From: an uncultured beta proteobacterium
GTDB taxonomy: Bacteria; Pseudomonadota; Gammaproteobacteria; Burkholderiales; Burkholderiaceae_C
DNA length: 64,000 nucleotides
Assembly (NCBI GenBank): GCA_963774185.1
Contig: CAVZEK010000027.1
Span: forward strand, 50,530 to 114,529
Direction of reading: 5' to 3'
A program made the translations under genes and the position numbers. Of this stretch, positions 1-9,600 are shown one piece after another. How positions within the stretch are numbered: position 1 is the first letter of the stretch; every line of letters begins with the position of its first letter. The notes under the pieces are model-generated. The model was not told the DNA's origin. It did not search any database and saw nothing but the letters and a program-made list of their open reading frames with translations.

Positions 1-986
1 GCGACGCGCTCGAGGTGATCCAGGGCGATGCGTACTACCAGAGCTACATCTGCCGCATCCCGCGCTCGACCATCGAGCTGGGGCTGACCGGGCGCCTGGA
101 CTGCCTCGACGGCATGCTGTTCCCGTCGATCTGCGACGTCATCCGCAATTTGTCGGGGATGTGGCAGATCCTGTTCAAGGACAAGTACGTGCGCTACGTC
201 GACGTGCCGCAGAACTACCAGGACGAGATTGGCGGCAGGTTCTACATCGAGGAGATGCAGCAAATCCGCGACGACCTCGCAAAGCTGCGCGGCAAGCCGA
301 TCACCGACGCCGAGTTGAATGCGTCGATCGACGTCTACAACGACAACCGCCGCGCGATCCGCGATCTCTACACCTACCGTGCCAGCAAGCCCTGGCAAGC
401 ACCGACCTCCGAGGTCTACCTGTTGCTGCGCGCGGGCATGGTGCTCCCTGTAGAGGAGCACACGGCGCTGGTGCGCGAGTACCTCGGCGTAGTGGAGCAG
501 TTGCCGCGACCCAAGCGCGACAACGCGCGAGTGGTGATCAACGGATCGTTCTGCGAGCAGCCGCCGCTGGCGCTGATCAAGTCGATCGAGATGTCAGGCT
601 GCTACATCGTCGACGACGACTTCATGCTCGTCACACGCTGGCTGCTCGACGACGTGCCGGCCGATCGTGATCCGCTGGACGAGCTGTCGAAGGCGTTCCT
701 GCACCGGTCGGCCACCACGGCGGCCAAGTACGAGACCACGCGCGAAGAAAAAGGCGTGTTCCTGATGAAGCAGGTGAAGACCCGCGGCGCCGAGGGCGTG
801 ATCTTCGCGGCGCCCTCGTTCTGCGACCCCGCGCTGCTCGAGCGGCCGATGCTGCAGGACGTGCTGGCCAAGCAGAAGATCCCGTACACCGCATTCAAGT
901 ACGCCGAGAACACGGGGCAGATGGCGCCGATCCGCGAGCAGGCCGGCACCTTCGCCGATTCGATCAAGCTGTGGAGCGCCGCATGA
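1..986 (+). CDS. bcrC: class I (ATP-dependent) benzoyl-CoA reductase subunit C (gamma), 5' end cut by window edge
   Basis: The frame is open from base 1 (track ORF 15..986). It is a BcrC/HgdB-like dehydratase-family sequence and the first gene of a C-B-A-D-ferredoxin series. Its stop overlaps the next start (ATGA at 983-986). Confidence 0.6.
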   Translation, partial: DALEVIQGDAYYQSYICRIPRSTIELGLTGRLDCLDGMLFPSICDVIRNLSGMWQILFKDKYVRYVDVPQNYQDEIGGRFYIEEMQQIRDDLAKLRGKPITDAELNASIDVYNDNRRAIRDLYTYRASKPWQAPTSEVYLLLRAGMVLPVEEHTALVREYLGVVEQLPRPKRDNARVVINGSFCEQPPLALIKSIEMSGCYIVDDDFMLVTRWLLDDVPADRDPLDELSKAFLHRSATTAAKYETTREEKGVFLMKQVKTRGAEGVIFAAPSFCDPALLERPMLQDVLAKQKIPYTAFKYAENTGQMAPIREQAGTFADSIKLWSAA

Positions 987-2347
987 ACATTCCCATTGCC
1001 ATGCCCAAACCCACGGGCACTGCCAAGAGGCCCGCCGCGCCGGTGCAAAAAGACGATGCGATGAACCTGCAGAAGGAGCTCATCAACCGCAACTACATGG
1101 AGCTCGCCACCGCGCGCGCCAACAACCGCAAGGTGTCGGCCACCTTCGTGCCGGGCAACCTCAACGAGTTGCTGATGTGCTTCGACTTCGCGCGCAGCCT
1201 GCCCGAGACCAACGCATTGCAGAACGGCATGCGCAAGAAAAGCGGCAAGATGATCATGGACGCCGAGCGCGACGGCCAGAGCGAAGACGTCTGCACCTAC
1301 GTGAAGGCCGACCTCGGCATGATGATGGGCGGCGAGATCGGCCCCACCGGCGACGTGCTGCCGCGCCCCGACATTCTGCTGCTCAGCTACACCGGCTGCT
1401 TCACGTTCATGAAGTGGTTCGAGCTGATCCGCCACAAGTACGGCTGCGAGACGGTGATGCTGCACGTGCCTTACCAGGGCGAAGGAAAGATCGCGCCCAA
1501 CATGCGCAACTACGTGGTCAAGCAGCTCAAGGAGACGGTGATCCCGACGCTCGAGCGTGTCTCGGGCGTCAAGTTCGACATCGACCGGCTGCGCCAGTAC
1601 ATGCGCGAATCGGTCAAGGCCGAGGAAGATCTGGTCGCGGTGCTGCAAAGCGCCAAGCACCGGCCGAGCCCGATCGACGGCTACTTCGGCGCCGTGTACT
1701 ACATCGGGCCGATCTTCACCGCGTTTCGCGGCACGCCCGAGGCCACCGAGTTCTACCGCGTGCTGCGCGGCGAGATCGAAGAGCGCATCCGGCTCGGCAA
1801 GGGCCCGGTCACGCCCGACGGCGACATGGGCGAAGAGAAGTACCGCCTGATCGTCGAAGGGCCGCCCAATTGGACGAGCTTTCGCGAATTCTGGAAGATG
1901 TTCTACGACGAGGGCGCGGTGGTGGTGTCGTCGACCTACGCCAAGGTCGGTGGCCTGTACGACTTCGGCTTCCGCCACGACCCGGATCATCCGCTGGAGT
2001 CGCTGGCCGACTACTGCCTGGGCTGCTACACCAACCTGAACCTGCCCTCGCGCATCAACATGATCTGCAAGTACATCGACGAGTACCAGGCCGATGGCCT
2101 GCTGATCAACTCGATCAAGAGCTGCAACAGCTTCTCGGCCGGGCAACTGCTGATCCTGCGCGAGGTGGAAAAGCGTACCGGCAAGCCGGCCGCCTTCATC
2201 GAGACCGACCTGGTCGACCCGCGCTACTTCTCGGCCGCCAACGTGAAGAACCGGCTCGAGAGCTACTTCCAGATGATCAAGCAGAAGCGCACGTCGGGCG
2301 CGGGGCTTGCAGCGCCGGCGTTCATCCCGATCGCGGCTGCGAACTGA
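983..2347 (+). CDS. bcrB: benzoyl-CoA reductase subunit B (beta)
   Basis: 454-aa BcrB/BadE/HgdA-like protein. The ATG at 983 overlaps the upstream stop. It is followed by the two ATPase subunits. Confidence 0.6.
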   Translation: MNIPIAMPKPTGTAKRPAAPVQKDDAMNLQKELINRNYMELATARANNRKVSATFVPGNLNELLMCFDFARSLPETNALQNGMRKKSGKMIMDAERDGQSEDVCTYVKADLGMMMGGEIGPTGDVLPRPDILLLSYTGCFTFMKWFELIRHKYGCETVMLHVPYQGEGKIAPNMRNYVVKQLKETVIPTLERVSGVKFDIDRLRQYMRESVKAEEDLVAVLQSAKHRPSPIDGYFGAVYYIGPIFTAFRGTPEATEFYRVLRGEIEERIRLGKGPVTPDGDMGEEKYRLIVEGPPNWTSFREFWKMFYDEGAVVVSSTYAKVGGLYDFGFRHDPDHPLESLADYCLGCYTNLNLPSRINMICKYIDEYQADGLLINSIKSCNSFSAGQLLILREVEKRTGKPAAFIETDLVDPRYFSAANVKNRLESYFQMIKQKRTSGAGLAAPAFIPIAAAN

Positions 2348-2362
2348 AGCGGAAGAATCACC

Positions 2363-3703
2363 ATGCGCTGCTTCATCGGCATCGACCTCGGCTCGACCAC
2401 CACCAAGGCGGTGGTGCTCGACGAGCAACAGAACGTGCTCGGACGCGGCATCACCAACTCGCGCTCCAACTACGACACGGCAGCGGCCATCGCCAAGCAG
2501 GAGGCGTTGGTCAACAGCCGCTTCTATCTGTTCCGGCAGGCCCTGGGCAGCACCCAGGCGCTCAACGGCTCGCTCGACGCCTTTTTGTCGCAACTCGAGC
2601 GCGACTTCCGCTCCGAGCAGTACCTCGAGCAACTCGCCGATCTGAAGGACACCTGCCGGCGCAGTCTGGCGACGGCGCACTTCGGCGACGCCTCGGCCGC
2701 GGTGGGCGAGGCGCTGACCGAGGTATTCGCGCGCCTGCAGGCCGAGGCCCCGCTGCAGTTTGCGCCCGGTGCCAAGCGCAAGTCGGACTTCTTCCGCGAC
2801 ATCGCCGGCAGCCAGTACCTGGCCGCGGGCGAGGCGGTGGCCAAGGAAGCCGGCATCCGCTACGACTTCCTGCTCAACCTGTTCGACCGCTCGATCATCG
2901 AAGTCGAGAACCGCGTCTATGGCGACTCGATCAAGCGCCACCTGCTTGCGGCGTTGGAGCATGCCTTCGTCGCGCTGCCCGAAACAGCGACACGACGGGC
3001 GCAGGTGGAAGCGCCGATCAAGGGCATCCTCGACACCGAGATGGAGGAGACCTACACGGTGGGCACCGGCTACGGCCGCGCGCGGCTGCCGTTCAGCAAG
3101 GAGCACATTCGCAGCGAGATCCTGTGCCACGGCCTGGGCGCGCACGTGATGTACCCGGGCACGGCCACCGTGCTCGACATCGGCGGCCAGGACACCAAGG
3201 CGATCCAGGTCGATCCAGCCGGCATCGTCGAGAGTTTTCAGATGAACGACCGCTGCGCCGCCGGCTGCGGCCGCTACCTGGGCTACATCGCCGACGAGAT
3301 GAACATGGGTCTGCACGAGCTCGGACCGCTGGCGATGCAGTCGACCAAGACGATCCGCATCAATTCCACTTGCACCGTGTTTGCCGGCGCCGAACTGCGC
3401 GACCGCCTGTCACTCGGCGACAAGCGCGAAGACATCATGGCCGGGTTGCACCGCGCGATCATCCTGCGCGCGATGAGCATCCTGGCGCGCTCGGGCGGCA
3501 TCCGCAACGAGTTCACCTTCACCGGCGGCGTGGCCAAGAACGAGGCCGCGGTCAAGGCGCTGAGGGAACTGGTCACCGAGAACTATGGTGAGCTGAGGCT
3601 CAACATCGACCCCGACTCAATCTACACCGGCGCGCTGGGCGGCGCCACCTTCGCATGGCGTGCGGTGGTCGAAGAAGGCAAGACGGTGGAGGCTAGGACA
3701 TGA
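2363..3703 (+). CDS. bcrA: benzoyl-CoA reductase subunit A (alpha, long ATPase subunit)
   Basis: Carries BadF/BadG/BcrA/BcrD-type ATPase motifs [16 protein letters not shown] and [13 protein letters not shown], plus the [12 protein letters not shown] cluster-ligand motif. At 446 aa it has a long insert between the phosphate motifs, as in BcrA/BadF. Confidence 0.7.
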   Translation: MRCFIGIDLGSTTTKAVVLDEQQNVLGRGITNSRSNYDTAAAIAKQEALVNSRFYLFRQALGSTQALNGSLDAFLSQLERDFRSEQYLEQLADLKDTCRRSLATAHFGDASAAVGEALTEVFARLQAEAPLQFAPGAKRKSDFFRDIAGSQYLAAGEAVAKEAGIRYDFLLNLFDRSIIEVENRVYGDSIKRHLLAALEHAFVALPETATRRAQVEAPIKGILDTEMEETYTVGTGYGRARLPFSKEHIRSEILCHGLGAHVMYPGTATVLDIGGQDTKAIQVDPAGIVESFQMNDRCAAGCGRYLGYIADEMNMGLHELGPLAMQSTKTIRINSTCTVFAGAELRDRLSLGDKREDIMAGLHRAIILRAMSILARSGGIRNEFTFTGGVAKNEAAVKALRELVTENYGELRLNIDPDSIYTGALGGATFAWRAVVEEGKTVEART

Positions 3704-4548
3704 GCTCAGTTCATACGATCGGCATCGACATCGGTTCGGGCGCGGTGAAGTCGGCGTTGTTCTCGTTCGACGAGCAGGGCAACCCGACCTGGCTGGCCAA
3801 ACGTTGCGAGCGCATCCGCCGGCGCGACCCGATGACGCTGGCCAGCGAAGGCCGCGATGGCGTGCTCGCCGACGCGGGGCTCGCCGCCAACGCCGTCGAC
3901 TACATCGCCACCACCGGCGAGGGCGAGAACGTCAAGTTCGCCACCGGCCACTTCTACTCGATGACCACCCACGCGCGCGGCGGCGTCTTCCTGCAGCCCA
4001 AGGCGCGCGCAGTGGTCGATATCGGTGCGCTCAATGGCCGCGCGATCTCGGTGGACGAGCGCGGCAAGGTGCTCAGCTACAAGATGACCAGCCAGTGCGC
4101 ATCGGGTTCGGGGCAGTTCCTGGAGAACATCGCGCGTTACCTCGGGGTGGCCATCGAGGAGATCGGCCCGCTGTCGCGCACCTCGGCCCACCCCGAGAAG
4201 GTGAGCTCGATCTGCGCAGTGCTGGCAGAGACCGATGTCATCAACATGGTCAGCCGTGGCATTGCCACCCCAGACATCCTGAAGGGCATCCACCTGTCGA
4301 TGGCCTCGCGCGTGGTCAAGCTGCTCAAGGTCACCGGCGTGAAAGACGGCGTGGCCCTGCTGACCGGCGGATTGGCGCTCGACACCGGATTGCTGGCGGC
4401 AATCCAGGAAGAGATGGTCAACGAGAAGGTGCAGGTCAGCGCCGAGTCGCACCCTGACTCGATCTACGCCGGCGCGATCGGCGCGGCGCTGTGGGGTGCC
4501 TACCGCCATGCCAAGCTGCAGCAACTGGAGGCGGTCGCCGCCGCGTGA
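3700..4548 (+). CDS. bcrD: benzoyl-CoA reductase subunit D (delta, short ATPase subunit)
   Basis: Motifs [26 protein letters not shown] and [12 protein letters not shown]. 282 aa. ATGA overlap with bcrA. Confidence 0.7.
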   Translation: MSSVHTIGIDIGSGAVKSALFSFDEQGNPTWLAKRCERIRRRDPMTLASEGRDGVLADAGLAANAVDYIATTGEGENVKFATGHFYSMTTHARGGVFLQPKARAVVDIGALNGRAISVDERGKVLSYKMTSQCASGSGQFLENIARYLGVAIEEIGPLSRTSAHPEKVSSICAVLAETDVINMVSRGIATPDILKGIHLSMASRVVKLLKVTGVKDGVALLTGGLALDTGLLAAIQEEMVNEKVQVSAESHPDSIYAGAIGAALWGAYRHAKLQQLEAVAAA

Positions 4549-4583
4549 AGATGAACGCGGTCGCCGCCGCGTAAGGAGCAAAC

Positions 4584-4826
4584 ATGGCCTTGCTGATCAA
4601 CGACAACTGCACCGCCTGCGACGCCTGCAAGCCGGTGTGCCCGAACGAAGCGATCTCGGTCGGCGACCCGATCTACGTGATCGACCCGCTGCGCTGCACC
4701 GAATGCGTCGGCGCCGAGGACGAGCCGCAATGCAAGCTCGTGTGCCCGGCCGACTGCATCGTGCAGCACCCCGACTTCGTCGAGTCGCCCGACGAACTAC
4801 TCGCCAAGTACGAGGGGATGCACTGA
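4584..4826 (+). CDS. fdx: 2x[4Fe-4S] ferredoxin (YfhL/Fdx type), probable electron donor for the reductase
   Basis: 80 aa with CTACDACKPVCP and CTEC...CKLVCP cysteine motifs, directly downstream of bcrD. Confidence 0.75.
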   Translation: MALLINDNCTACDACKPVCPNEAISVGDPIYVIDPLRCTECVGAEDEPQCKLVCPADCIVQHPDFVESPDELLAKYEGMH

Positions 4827-4974
4827 CCTGCGCCGCTCAAGCGGCGCCATCGGCTGGAAAGCGCCGCCCTCGGATCACTGCGGCGACGGTAACGAGCACG
4901 AAAAGCCAGCGCAGTGGCCGCCGGCAGAGCGCCCGAGCGCTGCCGCGCTGCGCCGATCATGGCATCGCCGGTCA

Positions 4975-5469
4975 TCAGCTTGCAGCATACGAAAGGGCGA
5001 GTTGCTGATCGGTCTCTTCATCGAGGAGCTCGTCGAGCATCGGCAGCAGGGCCATGGCCTCTTTTTGGATGTGCGCGACCTGCCGCTCCACCATCTCCAA
5101 GGCGGCGCGTCGCAGCCTGCGCAAACCCTCTGAATCGAGTGTGCCGTGGATGGCGGACTCGGCCTGCGGCACCAGTTCGCTCGCCAGTTCGCGCATTGCG
5201 TCGTGCTCCTCGCGCAGGAGCAGCACGATGTCACCATCGCCGCTGTCTTCCAAACGAGGAAACAGCTCGCCCTCCTCGAATTCGAAATGGCGGGCGACAT
5301 CACATGCCAGGTAGTGGACAAAGCGAGCGATCAACGCGCCGAGCTCCGGATCTGTCGGCACTGAGCTACTGGATAGCCGACCCAGGCGCTGCTCGACCTG
5401 ACACAAGAGTTCGAGGCTAGCGTTGTGTTCCTCGTCGAGCAAGCGACTGACCTGTCGCGACCGTTCCAT
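4975..5469 (-). CDS. hemerythrin-like (HHE cation-binding) domain protein
   Basis: 164-aa helical protein with repeated H/E ligand motifs (EEHNASLE, HFEFEEGELFPRLE, LLREEHDAMRE, HIQKE). Confidence 0.55.
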   Translation of the reverse strand: MERSRQVSRLLDEEHNASLELLCQVEQRLGRLSSSSVPTDPELGALIARFVHYLACDVARHFEFEEGELFPRLEDSGDGDIVLLLREEHDAMRELASELVPQAESAIHGTLDSEGLRRLRRAALEMVERQVAHIQKEAMALLPMLDELLDEETDQQLALSYAAS

Positions 5470-5530
5470 CTGACTCGCTCACCGAAATTGGTATGGAGGT
5501 ACCAGAATAACGGCGGAAAGCCTGGCGCGG

Positions 5531-5544
5531 TTGATACAGATCAG
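5531..5544. promoter_or_regulatory. FNR/CRP-family box TTGATacagATCAG (9/10 to TTGAT-N4-ATCAA), positioned for the hemerythrin gene
   Basis: Read directly from the sequence. On the minus strand a TATTCT hexamer (5504-5509) lies 21 nt after the box. The hemerythrin ATG is at 5469. Confidence 0.5.
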
Positions 5545-5670
5545 TGGCGCTGTGCAATGCGCGGGCGTGCACGGTCAGGGATCTCCAGTTGCTGCGCCCA
5601 CCTGTTCTGCGCGCTGGCGATTGCGCACCGCGCCGCGATGCAATCGGGTCTCCGCGTTTCCGCCCCGTTC

Positions 5671-5684
5671 TTGATCTCCATCAG
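5671..5684. promoter_or_regulatory. FNR/CRP-family box TTGATctccATCAG (9/10), positioned for the nitronate monooxygenase gene
   Basis: Read directly from the sequence. TAGTGT (5707-5712) lies 22 nt after the box, which is exact class II geometry (site centre -41.5, -10 hexamer at -12 to -7). The ATG is at 5733. Confidence 0.5.
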
Positions 5685-5732
5685 AGAAATCGGTGGGCGC
5701 TTTCTCTAGTGTCCCGGTACTCGCCTGACCCC

Positions 5733-7028
5733 ATGATCCCACCTCAATCGCAGCGGTTGCTCGATGCCAGCGGCGTCGCCCCGATGCGGCTGGCCGGGAG
5801 AGCACTGTTGCCGATCGTGCAAGGTGGCATGGGGATCGGCGTTTCCGCGCACCGCCTTGCGGGGCACGTCGCCGCTGAAGGTGGCGTCGGCACGCTGAGC
5901 TCCGTCGAACTGCGCCACCATCACCCCGATCTGCTGGCACACACCCACAGCGTTGGGCTGAGGGCGACGACCAAGGCCTGCGTGGATGCGGCCAACTTGG
6001 AGGCTCTCCGCAGGGAAATCGCGGCCGCTCGCCGGATTGCGGGCGGACATGGATTGCTTGCGGTGAACGTGATGCGAGCAGTGAGCGACTACGCAGCGCA
6101 CGTGAAGCAGGCGGTAGAAGCCGGCATCGACGCCATCGTGGTCGGCGCCGGATTGCCCCTCGATCTGCCCGATCTGACTTCCGATCACCCCGGCGTCGCA
6201 TTGGTGCCGATCCTGTCGGACGCGCGAGGCGTGCAGGTCCTGCTGCGCAAGTGGGAACGCAAGAAACGAATGCCGAACGCCATCGTGCTTGAGCATCCGG
6301 CGCTCGCCGGCGGCCACTTGGGGGCAGCACGCGTGGAAGACTTGGGCGATCCGCGATTCGACTTCGAGCGCAGCGTGCCGGAGACATTGGCGCTGCTGCG
6401 CGCGGCCGGCATTGAAGAGACGACCCCGGTGATCGCTGCAGGCGGCATTCGCGCGCGAGTCGACATCGTCCGGCTTCAGGGTCTAGGCGCCGCAGGCGTA
6501 CAGCTGGGTACGCCCTTTGCAGTAACGATCGAGAGTGATGCTCATCCGGAGTTCAAGCGCATCCTTGCCGAAGCACGGGAGGAAGACAAAGTCGAGTTCA
6601 TGAGCGTCGCCGGGCTACCTGCACGTGCAGTGGCGACGCCATGGCTGATGGGCTACCTCAACGCGCTGCCGCGCCTTCGGGCGCAAGCCCGCGTCCGGTC
6701 GCGCTGCACCAAGTCGTTTGATTGCCTCGCCCAATGTGGACTGCGCGACGGCAACGCCAACGTCGGTCAGTTCTGCATCGATCAGCAGCTCTCGGCCGCG
6801 TTGCGCGGCGATGTACGTCATGGTCTCTTCTTCACTGGCCGCGGCGCGCTGCCGTACGGCGCAGAAATTCGAAGTGTCCACGACTTGATCGCGCGGTTGC
6901 TCGAAGGCACGACCGGGACGTGGCGATGGCGTAGAGGTCGGGAGAGCGCCAGGTTGCCCTTGACCAACCCGAACACAAGACCCGAGAGGCGAGTGCAATG
7001 CTGTCTGTGTGGTGGTGGAGGCGCCTGA
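5733..7028 (+). CDS. nitronate monooxygenase / 2-nitropropane dioxygenase family flavoprotein
   Basis: The N-terminus LLPIVQGGMGIGVSAHRLAGHVAAEGGVGTLSSV is typical of the NMO family. Start chosen at the internal ATG 5733 of track ORF 5544..7028. The Arg-rich last ~35 aa look unnatural, so the 3' end is uncertain. Confidence 0.65.
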   Translation: MIPPQSQRLLDASGVAPMRLAGRALLPIVQGGMGIGVSAHRLAGHVAAEGGVGTLSSVELRHHHPDLLAHTHSVGLRATTKACVDAANLEALRREIAAARRIAGGHGLLAVNVMRAVSDYAAHVKQAVEAGIDAIVVGAGLPLDLPDLTSDHPGVALVPILSDARGVQVLLRKWERKKRMPNAIVLEHPALAGGHLGAARVEDLGDPRFDFERSVPETLALLRAAGIEETTPVIAAGGIRARVDIVRLQGLGAAGVQLGTPFAVTIESDAHPEFKRILAEAREEDKVEFMSVAGLPARAVATPWLMGYLNALPRLRAQARVRSRCTKSFDCLAQCGLRDGNANVGQFCIDQQLSAALRGDVRHGLFFTGRGALPYGAEIRSVHDLIARLLEGTTGTWRWRRGRESARLPLTNPNTRPERRVQCCLCGGGGA

Positions 7029-8143
7029 CCATCGTCGTCGCGCTGGCCGCGCCGCCTGGGTGCGCGTTCGCGGCCGACACGGCGACAACACCGAAAGCTT
7101 CCCGACTGGTTGGCACGTCGGTGCCGGTGACCGAGGAGATGGCCGGAGCTGGAATGGTGTCGAGCGGCGTGACATTGCCGGCGATTCCTCCGGTCACCGG
7201 CAGCCGCGACAAGCCGGTGCCTTCGTGGGGCAAGCCTCTTCCTTATCCGATCGTCATCGCCGATCGGCGCAACAACCGCCTGATCGAGATCGCCCCGACC
7301 AAGCAGGTCATCTGGGAGTTTCCGTCGCCCAACCTGAAGATTTACAGAGGCAACGACGACGTGTTCTTCTCGCCGGACGGCAAGAAGCTGATGGTCAATG
7401 AAGAGGACAACTACGACATCCACATCATCGACTACGAAAAGCGTCAGCTCGAGTGGTCCTACGGGATTCCCGACACGCGAGGCTCGGGCCCCGGCTTGCT
7501 CAACTACCCGGACGATTCGCACCTGCTCGCGGACGGCACCGTGCTCACCGCCGACATTCGGAACTGCCGCATCCTCTTCATCGATCCAAAGACGGCCAGG
7601 GTGCTGCAGCAGTGGGGTAAGCCAGGGACGTGCCGCCACGACCCGCCGCGCTTCCTGGACCTGCCCAACGGATCGACTCCACTGGACAACGGCGATGTGC
7701 TGATCACCGAGATTCGGGGCTCATGGATTTCCCGCGTGACGCGGGACGGCAAACTGGTGTGGTCGGCCCAAGTGCCGCACGTCAGCTACCCATCGGACGC
7801 TTACCCGACCCGCGACGGGCAAGTGATCGTCGCCGACTTCGCCAAGCCCGGTCGCGTGGTCATCTTCGATCCGCATACGCACAAGCTCAGTTGGGAATAC
7901 TTCATCTCCAGCGGTGACGGCATGCTGGATCACCCTTCACTGGCCCTCGAACTGCCCAACGGCGACGTCATCCTCAACGATGACCGTCGGCACCGAGTTC
8001 TGGTCATCGATCGAGAGACGAAGGCGATCATCTGGCAATACGGCGCAACAGACCAGGCAGGGCACGCGCCAGGCTATCTGTTCTATCCAGATGGAATGGA
8101 CCTCGATGTCTTCCGAGACTGGAAGGCCGCGCTCCAACGCTGA
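6998..8143 (+). CDS. secreted beta-propeller repeat protein (ASST/NHL-like), function unknown
   Basis: Signal peptide (LTIVVALAAPPGCAFA) followed by recurring blade-like units (DRRNNRLIEI, DIRNCRILFIDPKT, DDRRHRVLVIDRET). Confidence 0.45.
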   Translation: MLSVWWWRRLTIVVALAAPPGCAFAADTATTPKASRLVGTSVPVTEEMAGAGMVSSGVTLPAIPPVTGSRDKPVPSWGKPLPYPIVIADRRNNRLIEIAPTKQVIWEFPSPNLKIYRGNDDVFFSPDGKKLMVNEEDNYDIHIIDYEKRQLEWSYGIPDTRGSGPGLLNYPDDSHLLADGTVLTADIRNCRILFIDPKTARVLQQWGKPGTCRHDPPRFLDLPNGSTPLDNGDVLITEIRGSWISRVTRDGKLVWSAQVPHVSYPSDAYPTRDGQVIVADFAKPGRVVIFDPHTHKLSWEYFISSGDGMLDHPSLALELPNGDVILNDDRRHRVLVIDRETKAIIWQYGATDQAGHAPGYLFYPDGMDLDVFRDWKAALQR

Positions 8144-8470
8144 AATTGCCTTGTTGCTCGCCCTTGGTTTGGGCACTGGCCCGCAGACTCGCCACCCAGC
8201 AGCGCGCGGTAGCGAAGGACGTCAGTCATACCTACTCGCGCCCGAGTCCTCGAAGCGACCCGGGCTCTCGCAGCATTGGATGCCCCGACGAGTTCGACAA
8301 GCGTCGGCGCCGCAGCGCTATGCTTTCGGGTTGCATGATCACGCGCAGGCGGATTCGGTACCCGCGACGAATGGCGCTCAAGCTGCATCAGCACTTGGCC
8401 GCGAAGGTCGAGTGACGATTGCGCTGTAGCGCTACGAAGCCAGGGAACAGCCATCTCAAGGAGAGACACC

Positions 8471-8674
8471 ATGCCATTTGTGAACGTGCGGATCCTTCAA
8501 GGCCATTCGCAGCAACGCAAGGACGAGATGTCGCGCCGCATCACCGCGGCAATCAGTGAAGTGGCGGTGCTGCCGCCCGAAGCGATCTGGGTCGTCTTCG
8601 AGGATGTCGCGGCCGAGGATTGGTATGTCGGCGGCACCACAGTGGCTGAGCTCAAGAAGGCTGGCAAGCTATGA
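8471..8674 (+). CDS. 4-oxalocrotonate tautomerase family enzyme
   Basis: 67 aa starting MPFVNVRIL (catalytic Pro-1 context). GGAGAG RBS upstream. Confidence 0.75.
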   Translation: MPFVNVRILQGHSQQRKDEMSRRITAAISEVAVLPPEAIWVVFEDVAAEDWYVGGTTVAELKKAGKL

Positions 8675-9555
8675 CACTCGAGATACGCGATCCACGTTTC
8701 ACCGCCTTGGTGGGTCACGCCGTCGAATGCGAGAAGGTGGCCACCGGCTTTGGCTTCACCGAAGGGCCGTTGTGGAACGCGCAGGAGGAGTGCCTGCTGT
8801 TCAGCGACATCCCGGGCAGCCGCATCCATCGCTGGAGCGCGAGCGCCGGCGTGACCGTCTTTCGCGAACCCAGCCACATGGCCAATGGCCTCACTGCCGA
8901 TCGCCAGGGGCGGCTGATTGCCTGCGAGCACGCCACCAGCCGCGTCACACGCACCGAAGCGGACGGCCACATCACCGTCCTGGCCAGCCATTACGAGGGC
9001 AAGGAGTTGAACAGCCCCAACGACGTCGTCGTCAAGTCAGACGGCGCCATCTACTTCAGCGACCCGGGCTATGGCCGCATGGCCTACTACGGCGTCGAGC
9101 GCGAGCCGCAACTGGCGTTTCGCGGCGTCTACCAGATCGCTGCCAACGGCGCAGCGCTGACGCTGCTGGCGAGCGATTTCGGGCAACCCAACGGGCTGTG
9201 CTTCTCGGCCGACGAAACCCTGCTCTTTGTCAACGACACCGAGCGCCAGCACATCCGCGTCTTCGACGTCGCGCCCGACGGCACAGTGAGCGCCGGCCGC
9301 CTCTGGGCGCAAGTATCGGGCAAGGGTCCAGGCGCGCCCGACGGCATGAAGATCGACGGCCAGGGCAACCTCTACTGCACCGGACCCGGCGGCATCCACG
9401 TGTTCGACCGTGCGGCCAAGTGCCTGGGCGTGATCCACGTGCCGGAGAGCGCGGCCAACTTCACCTGGGGTGAGGCAGACCGCTGCAGCCTGTTCATCAC
9501 CGCCACCCACAGCCTGTATCGCGCCCGAATCAGAGTGCCCGGCCGCGGCCCCTGA
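8671..9555 (+). CDS. SMP-30/gluconolactonase/LRE family protein
   Basis: Motifs FTEGPLWNAQEECLLFSDIPGSRIHRW, LNSPNDVVV, PNGLCFS and PDGMKIDGQGNLY. ATGA overlap with the tautomerase gene. Confidence 0.75.
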   Translation: MTLEIRDPRFTALVGHAVECEKVATGFGFTEGPLWNAQEECLLFSDIPGSRIHRWSASAGVTVFREPSHMANGLTADRQGRLIACEHATSRVTRTEADGHITVLASHYEGKELNSPNDVVVKSDGAIYFSDPGYGRMAYYGVEREPQLAFRGVYQIAANGAALTLLASDFGQPNGLCFSADETLLFVNDTERQHIRVFDVAPDGTVSAGRLWAQVSGKGPGAPDGMKIDGQGNLYCTGPGGIHVFDRAAKCLGVIHVPESAANFTWGEADRCSLFITATHSLYRARIRVPGRGP

Positions 9556-9600
9556 TTGGAATCCAGGGCTGGCAATCGCAGCGACTCGCTCTTCCTCAAG

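Noticed and set aside
602-3316. 904-aa ORF on the minus strand antisense to bcrB/bcrA
   Set aside because: This is a shadow ORF typical of ~70% GC DNA. The product is Ala/Arg/Gly/Val-rich with no recognisable motif, while the sense strand encodes clearly recognisable reductase subunits.
1177-3591. 804-aa plus-strand ORF overlapping bcrB and bcrA out of frame
   Set aside because: The translation is Arg/Pro/Gly-rich low-complexity sequence. It is an alternative frame of genes whose main frame has clear family motifs.
4830-4847. GC-rich hairpin GCGCCGC-tcaa-GCGGCGC after the ferredoxin gene (a similar 7-bp stem lies at 25829-25849 after the OmpA-like gene) as an intrinsic terminator
   Set aside because: The stems are short and no T-tract follows them. 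Such palindromes are frequent by chance at this GC content, so they are not reported as terminators.
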